From Octopus vulgaris (Eukaryota): a stretch of DNA of 64,000 nucleotides. Positions 56,469 to 64,000 of the stretch are shown piece after piece. How positions within the stretch are numbered: the stretch's first letter is position 1; the number at the start of each line of letters is the position of its first letter. The stretch spans positions 19,840,001-19,904,000 of the forward strand of contig OX597837.1 of assembly GCA_951406725.2 (NCBI GenBank), written 5' to 3'. The notes below the pieces were generated by a model that saw only the letters and a list, made by a program, of their open reading frames with translations, did not search any database and was not told where the DNA came from. The translations under genes and the position numbers were made by a program.

Positions 56469-56570
<102 letters not shown>

Positions 56571-56744
56571 GTAATAATAATGATAATAACAACAACAACA
56601 ACAACAACAACAGCAATAATAATCGTTTCTTTATTAACCGCAAAGGGTTTATAAAAAGGTTTGCAAAGAGTCCACAAGACAGTATGATGTAGGATTTCAT
56701 GAAAGAGCATATAAGCAGAAAATAATAATAATAATTTTAACAAT

Positions 56745-58325
56745 GAATCATTCCCCCAAAATGAGCGGAAATCCTGCGTAAACCATGGTAGAAGTAATCA
56801 CTAGGGAAAGTGTCCTATCCACGAAGCCTTCATTCAATCTGCATGCGTATGCTTAGAGTAGACCCGTTCACACGAATCACCCTTGCCACATTCACCCATA
56901 TTTTAACGAATTTGCTAGAAGGAAAAATTTCCCTCTCCATTCTCTCTTTCCTTTTCAAATGAAACTTGAAAATGTTAACGACGATCTGGCCTAAGAGAAA
57001 GGGGTCTGTTTTCAGCCCCTTAAATCTGGTCCACCATACAACCCTATTTGCTAAGACCATTAGACAGATAAAAACTGCCTGTCATTCCAGGCCAGAGTAA
57101 GGCGGAAGGACAATGGAATCAGTCAATAACCGGATACATCCTACACGTGACAGCAGTTGTTCGACATACACTCACAAGTTAGCAATATTTAGGCGCTGGG
57201 CAAGTAAATGTACAAGAGTTTCGTTGCTCTGCGAGCATCTCGGACCCAGTTGACAGCACGTCTGTAACTGGAGAGGTTATCTGGAACCAGCTTTGCCTTT
57301 CCGCCCCCGGTAGCGCTATCAAGCCAAGGATTTCTCAAAATTCTCTATGGATCCCAGCTCGAAAGTTTTCTGAAACAGTCCCGCTAGTTGGTTTTGTCGA
57401 CGCCCAGAGTTTCCCCGGGAACGTTGTCGTTTGATCCACCACTAACCCTCTAAAGCAAGAACGTTGCCGTTCCTACCCGTCACTAATCCTGTAGAGAAAG
57501 CCATGGAGAACCTTCCATCTACCGCATTACCCAATTGGCAGAGTGACGTGAGTACTCGACAACTTTCGAGATTCCAAGCGCCACTGCATTGGCCTGCACT
57601 TAATCCAGGACTGCAGCTGGGGAAACACGAATCTGACAATCGGCAACTGTTGATCAACAAGGAATTACTGGAGATGTCGCAGCTTATGTACATGTCTGTC
57701 CATCATCAGCCATGATATACTCAGTTCCTTACTTAGAATGTGTTGACAGCGAATGCTGCATAGGCCAGTGGGACGCATCCTTTCTACAGAAAATGGAAGC
57801 AGAGGCGTTCCCAGCCGGTCAGTTAGACGTGGACTGGAGCAAGGCAAAATGGTCTGGCGGTAATACATAACAGAGGTGATGCATGCATTCGTCATCTATA
57901 TCTGACTTTTTAGGGATAGCTTTCTCTCAGCCTATTTCTGGGTGGGATTGGCTACACAGGTCATCACTTTGTTCCAGTTCTCTTCCACTTGGAGGTCTAT
58001 ACCAAATCAAATCCAGAGTAATTTAAGTGTCTATTGCGGTAATCCAACCACAGAATTCGGGACCGAAACCGGATGATGCGCTGACATCAACGAAAATCGG
58101 CAACGTTTTTGTTTACATCTCAGCTAAAATTTTGAAGTCTGCGTTTAGCAGAGTTATCGACCGAAGCTTATCCATGTCTCCTATCCGACGCCTTTCTCAG
58201 CTGTGCCACCAACTCAAAAGACTGGAGATTCGCGCATTCTCTTGACAGTTGCAGTAATTGTTTGCTAAAAGGTCTCCAAACAAGTCTGGCATGCATAAAT
58301 AAAAGTTAGTAGGGAAGACCATCAA
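56745..58325 (-). mobile_element. L1/Tx1-clade LINE ORF2 remnant with deletions
   Basis: Reverse translation DGLPY, LRSITLLNADFKILA, GFGPEFCGWI, CITSVMYYR, ANRVVWWTR...KFVKIW. Confidence 0.75.
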
Positions 58326-58365
58326 AAACAGGTGATATATGTATATATGTGTAGATGGATGGTTG

Positions 58366-58444
<79 letters not shown>

Positions 58445-58446
58445 TA

Positions 58447-58501
<55 letters not shown>

Positions 58502-58607
58502 GTATGTATGTGTGTATGTATGTATGTATGTATGTATGTATGTATGTATGTATAAGCTCTGAGTAATAGGTTGTCCATTCGTATATTATACATATATATA
58601 GAGAGAG

Positions 58608-59843
58608 AGGGTGCGTAAAGTATTTGAGGACATACGTTTTTTTGGTCGTTGCTGCATTTTTCCCTAACTCTGTATAATCTTTGTTTCAGAAAATAATGGC
58701 AGACCCTCAGCTTACTCAAAAATGAAGAGGCATGATGTTAGAAAGGCTGAGCATAGTGATTTAGAAATATCTCGATTTTTAAAAGTTGCCAGACCATTCG
58801 TCTACAAAGTTTGTAAGGAGCTACAGACTGAAGATGGAAACACATCACCAGTATCAAAGTATAAAAAGCATTCTAAACACTCTGAAATCATCAGAACACC
58901 TGAGTTTATCCAGCAAGTTCAACAGACCATTGATTACACTCCCAGAAAATCCATGAGGTCAATTGCAAAAGATATCCCTGTTTCAGAAGGAACAGTCAGA
59001 AATGTTGTCCACGAAGATATCAGATGAAGTTTTATATGATGAGGAAAGGACAATTTGCCAGAAAAAGCTAAAGAAAATCACTACATCAGATTTAAAAGGC
59101 TCTTAAACAAACTGAAAAATCCAGCAGATTTGATTTGGTTTTGCTCAAACGAGAAAAACTTTGACCAAGATCAAAAAGTTAACAGGAGAAATGACAGATG
59201 GTTATGTGCAGACCCTTCTGAAGTTCCAAGTGTTATGCATACAAAATTTCCTGCAACAGTCATGATTTTAGGGGATGTCAGCAATGAAGGACATATGGTG
59301 CCTCTTTACTTCTTTGCACAAGGCCTTAGAGTTAAATCTGCCGCCTACATTGAGATCCTGGAAATAATTGTTAAGCCCTGGATAGACAGTGTATGCAATG
59401 GAAAGCCATAAGTGTTTCAGTAAGACTCTGCACTATCACACATGGCTCTAGTAACACAGGAATGGATGGCTGTAAAAATTTTCATGATCACATAACCCCT
59501 AACATTTTGCCTCCTAATTCCCCAGATCTCAATCCATTGGACTATTACATGTGGAGCGTTGTTGAAAGAGGTCAATGAACATGCCCATAACACCAAAGCT
59601 GCAATAGTCAGAGGAATGTCCAAAATGAACCAGGATCGCCTGATTCGAGCATGTAAGATGATTTAGATCTCATATAGAAGCAGTTGTTGAAGCTGAAGGT
59701 GGCTTTAATGAATAAAATTATAGAAAAGAAGGTTTATTTTAATCCGCATAGCATTTTTGATAAATAAAATTATTATCTGTTATTATATATCTGTTTTTTT
59801 TTTTATAAACATAAATCTGTTCTAAAATAACTTGCGCACCCTG
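58608..59843 (+). mobile_element. Full-length decayed Tc1/mariner, DD37D (maT-like)
   Basis: TIRs AGGGTGCGTAAAGTATTT / AAATAACTTGCGCACCCTG-TA; WFCSNEKNF, KFPATVMILG, FQ*DSALSH, PPNSPDLNPLDYYMW; several stops and frameshifts. Confidence 0.88.
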
Positions 59844-59955
59844 TATGTATTATGTATGTACGTATGCATGTATGTACGTGTATGTATGTATATATATATA
59901 TCCTCTCATATGTAAATAACTTTATACGTATATAGATTTATATATAGCGTGCGTG

Positions 59956-60016
<61 letters not shown>

Positions 60017-60029
60017 TATTTATATCTTG

Positions 60030-60333
60030 TCATATTAAGTTGTGCCTACTTACGTATCGGTATGGCCACTTATATCTCATCGGCGTCCAATTCCATCCAC
60101 TTATGTCTGGTCAGTTGTCCTTATCTGGCTTAGTCTCGTTTTATTCAGTTACATCGACAAATATTTACCGATATCCAGCAGTATCCAGCTAAATCTGGCT
60201 ATGTCCAGTTGAAAGGAAAAATGGAATCCGAGGCAAACCAATAAGTAAGTTTCGAGTGTCGTGACTTGAGGTGTATTGGGTATTGGGCAGGATCACCATG
60301 TTTGGTTCATCACAATTCACATCTAATCCCTGC

Positions 60334-60416
<83 letters not shown>

Positions 60417-60905
60417 TTTTTGCCGATTGTAACTTCATTTAAATCTGGTTAACTGAAATAATGTCCACCTACGTCGAGTTATCTCCTTTTATTTCTAGTT
60501 ACCTTTATTTTTATCTGGTTATACCTTGTTCTTTCCAGTTACGCTTCGTTATTTCCAGTTACATATATCTCCATTTACGTCCGCCTATCTCAAATTCTTT
60601 CCACTTATATCTACTTACCTCTCTTAATATTCTAGTTATCTTCAGTTATATTTAGCTGTCTCCTGCTATATTCAGTTATTTTCAGTTATACCCAGTTACA
60701 TCTAATTCGGTTCGGTTTTCTTCAATTATACCTATGTATATATGGTTAAGTCAAGTTATGTGTAGTTACCTCTGGTTATGTTCAATTATGCTCGGTTATG
60801 TCTGGTCATGTTTAGCAATGTGCAATTATGCCAGTTATGCCCAGTTATAGCCTGTTATATTTAGTTATATCCAGTTATCCTGCTGTATCCACTTATTTTT
60901 GTTTA
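60030..60905. repeat. Cryptic degenerate 10-bp satellite (roughly ATCCAGTTAT), split by an insert and (TTA)n
   Basis: TATTCAGTTA TTTTCAGTTA TACCCAGTTA ... TGTTCAATTA TGCTCGGTTA TGTCTGGTCA ... TATTTAGTTA TATCCAGTTA. Confidence 0.75.
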
Positions 60906-62314
60906 TTTAGACTCAAAATTATTTCGATGCGATGGCGGATTCCTACTAAATATTTCAACGTAGAAGGAAAGGCGTTGTAAAAATAAGCCTTTAATTTAAT
61001 GAAACAAACTTAATGCTATTTTACAATCTTGTTTTTCATTGCAACAGTCGTTTTCACACTAGTCTGATAAGGGAATCACGCTAAATGAGCCAAAACCCCA
61101 GCAGCTACGACTCTCAATGATTCTAACAATATATAGCAATTATTCAAAGCGTAACACTCGTTTTGCAGATGTATTTAGTCAGTCAAAGAATATATAATAA
61201 GATGGAATTGCTCTATTGATTTGTTCTGCCGATAACAATTACAAAATGTTTTTCTCTGCATTGGCACAAGGCCACAAACTAGTTGCAGAGAATTGTAGAG
61301 AACTGTATCGCTCTCCAGTATATTCCTGGTACTTGTATCAATCGCTAAGAAATACGGAGTAAAAGACAAGAGGAGCAATTGAAAGATTTGAACTCTAAAA
61401 GGAGGAAGTCAATAAGATAAGTCGAACATTATCCCGTTTCTGTAACCTCATCACTTTAATAAAAGCGATTTCTTGCAACAGAATATATCAGAATCAGGTC
61501 CCAAATCAGCTGTTGTGGTCTATATTAAACACAATCGTTATCAATGTATAGTCTAATACGTATTTAGTACTTTATTTTTCGTAAATTTCATACCAAGTCG
61601 AAATAATTCCTCAGAGGAAGTCGCAAAATGCTTGTTTGTCGATCCGATGGTATAAAAACTGACTTGTTTGGTTGATGGTTGGAGAGATTAAAAGCAAACA
61701 ACCAACGGTAAAATTTGAACTCGGAACACAAAAGACATGTAAGAATTATTCCAGCTTTCTTTCCTTTTCAGTGAGTTTGTCATAGGAAGAACGATCATTT
61801 CTAACAATGGCACACGGCATCACATTTTGGACAGTAAAACAACAAGCAGAATAATTGTAGTAGTAACCATGGCAATATGAAATTCCACAACAACAACACT
61901 AACGATTGACGCCATGATGAAAGATTAAATATGTTGCAAGCTTTATTGTATAAAACTGATACAACCTGTAACACGAAAAAAAGGTTTGCTTCCATGATAC
62001 ATACATACACATTCAGATACACTCATATACATACACACAAACGAACACGTACACACATACGCATGTACGCTAACATACATATATACATATATACATACAT
62101 ACACACACACACATATATATATATATACATACATACACACGAGCACACAAGCACACATGTACACACCCCGTACACACACATATATATAAATATATAAATA
62201 CATTATTTATGCAATCGCACATACATATGCACATATGCATACATGCATACATATATGCATACATACAAAAATACATACATGCATATATACATATATAGAT
62301 AATACAATACTAAA

Positions 62315-63450
62315 ATAAAGGTAGTAGGCAGATATAATTTTAATGTAAAATTTATTATAACAAAAACATTTATCACTCAATATGGCGGCCCTTTTGGGCA
62401 ATTACTGTCCCCACACGAGAACAAATTTGTTTTTTGCAGCTGCCGCAACCTCCGTCTTGTTTCTATTTTGCGTGTCGTACGCACGGGGCAGGTCGAGTGT
62501 GAAGCGTTGGCCCTTGCTTGAAGTACGCGCCATGAAAGGTAATCGAGAAGGTTGAGATTTGGGCTGTTGCTGGGCCAGATGCTGGCCTTCACAAAAGATG
62601 ACATCTTCTCAACAAGGAAGGCCTGTGTTGCTTTGACCCACAGAATGGTACAAAATCTTGGATAAGCACCACATTGTCAACCCCAAATTTCTGCTCCATC
62701 CAAGATAACAGAGCTTTTCGGGATGTCCAGATACTCATTTATGCCGATCTTCAAGCCAAACTCAATGAAGTGTAGAACCATGACACATCCATCACTTGCC
62801 ACGGCTCCGAATACCATCACAGAAGCAGGATTCTCAGTCTCAAATACAGAGGGAATGCCAGAAGGGAGTTATGCAATAATTCGAGAATTTCTACGATGTA
62901 CAGTGAACTTCTCATCTACAAACACGAAAGTTTTTCCTGCATCTTGACGCTTGATGAATGACTGACGTTTTGGACATCTCTCTGCTCTGATTACTTTGGT
63001 TTTAGCTGTTAGGAGGTAACAGCGTCATCAAACATAGTTAGCCATGCCAAGGTTCCTGTTCACATTGCGTTTCTTTGAAAGAGTTGTCATGGATGTGGCT
63101 TCAATCGAGTGTTTGAGACCAGCGAGAAAGTTTGGATTGCGCTTGGAATCACTTCGAGTCTTGTGTTCTTTTCTATCAACTATTCCTTCTTCTTTAAATT
63201 AAAGTGTTGCTTTTGGAAGTTTCACCAACTTCACAATTTTACTGGCAGTGTTCCCGGCGCGCGCCAAAACAACTATGGCGCAACAATACTGAGGTTCCAT
63301 GACTTTCTTTTGTCGAATCACTTCGCTATTTACCTTAAAATAAAGAGGATGACGAGGTTTTCAAGCAAGCAAGGTTTTGGCAAGAAATGAAATATTAAAC
63401 CCACTAAGTCATCTACTTAAAATTGGCGTCAATTTATCTGCAAGACCCTG
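62315..63450 (-). mobile_element. Decayed Tc1/mariner (DD37D-like) element
   Basis: Reverse translation VFVDEKFTV, VMVFGAVASDG, WPSNSPNLNLLDYLSW; terminal CAGGGTCTTGCAGATAAATTGACGCC next to TA. Confidence 0.8.
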
Positions 63451-63484
63451 TACATGTGTACATATATATATATATATATACGTA

Positions 63485-63800
63485 CATTCAGACAACTGCT
63501 TCGAAACTTTTAGCTTTTAAACGCAGATTAGAAAATCGCATTTATACCAATAATAATTGGTGCACTTGGATTTGTAAGTAAATGTCTAAGTGACGCTCTG
63601 AATAAGCTAGAGTTTTCAGAAAAAGAAATCAACCAGCTAATTTGCACATTACGAATACAATCTGTTGATGGAAGACTGGAAATATGCAAGACTTTTCGAA
63701 TTTGAAATGCAAATTTGCTTTTGTTATCTACATTCCAGACATGGAGCTTTGTATATTTGTGAAAAATTAGTTCCTTCCTAATAGGAAGGTTTCAAATTAT
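63485..63800 (+). mobile_element. 3' end of another RLE-type non-LTR retrotransposon
   Basis: FIPIIIGALGFVSKCLSDALNKLEF...ICKTF; C-terminus differs from the Dong fragments; lies in TA/CATA repeats. Confidence 0.65.
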
Positions 63801-64000
63801 TAGAAATAAAAAAAAACACATACATGCATATATGTATGCATACATACTTGCATGCATACATACATGCATACATGATATGCGGATGACCTTGCATTTGTTT
63901 GTTCAATAATTTTAGTTTGATATTTTTGTCTCTTTCAATAGAGCACTTCTATAGCAGTCCTATAAATCCTTTTGTTCCTGACAAGAAACAATCACTGTAT

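Overview
Repeat-saturated, AT-rich eukaryotic non-coding DNA; no host protein-coding exon can be supported. The SINE repertoire and dense (TA)n/(TAA)n/(CA)n/(TAGA)n microsatellites resemble an octopus or other coleoid cephalopod genome (inference from recall, not a search). Contents: a near full-length but disrupted RTE-clade LINE (43.3-47.2 kb), a full-length frameshifted mariner DD34D element (36.3-37.6 kb), two decayed DD37D/maT-like elements, Tc1 and mariner scraps, L1/Tx1-like and Gypsy fragments, many R4/Dong-type restriction-like-endonuclease retrotransposon fragments beside (TAA)n tracts, a Penelope GIY-YIG fragment and three tRNA-derived SINE families. Two systems stand out. (1) A non-coding, highly self-complementary 492-nt unit inside a (TA)n tract (11870-12493) carries an intact type I hammerhead ribozyme whose predicted cleavage site is exactly the start of a perfect 132-bp direct repeat, i.e. 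a retrozyme-like or Penelope pseudo-LTR-like, possibly circRNA-forming element; several decayed hammerhead-like motifs occur elsewhere. (2) About 11 copies of a ~550-bp non-coding element with no tRNA head sit in (TAA)n tracts in one polarity, with a fixed 3' end and variable 5' truncation, probably a non-autonomous partner of the Dong/R4 elements. Nearly all ORFs in the supplied track are microsatellite artefacts.
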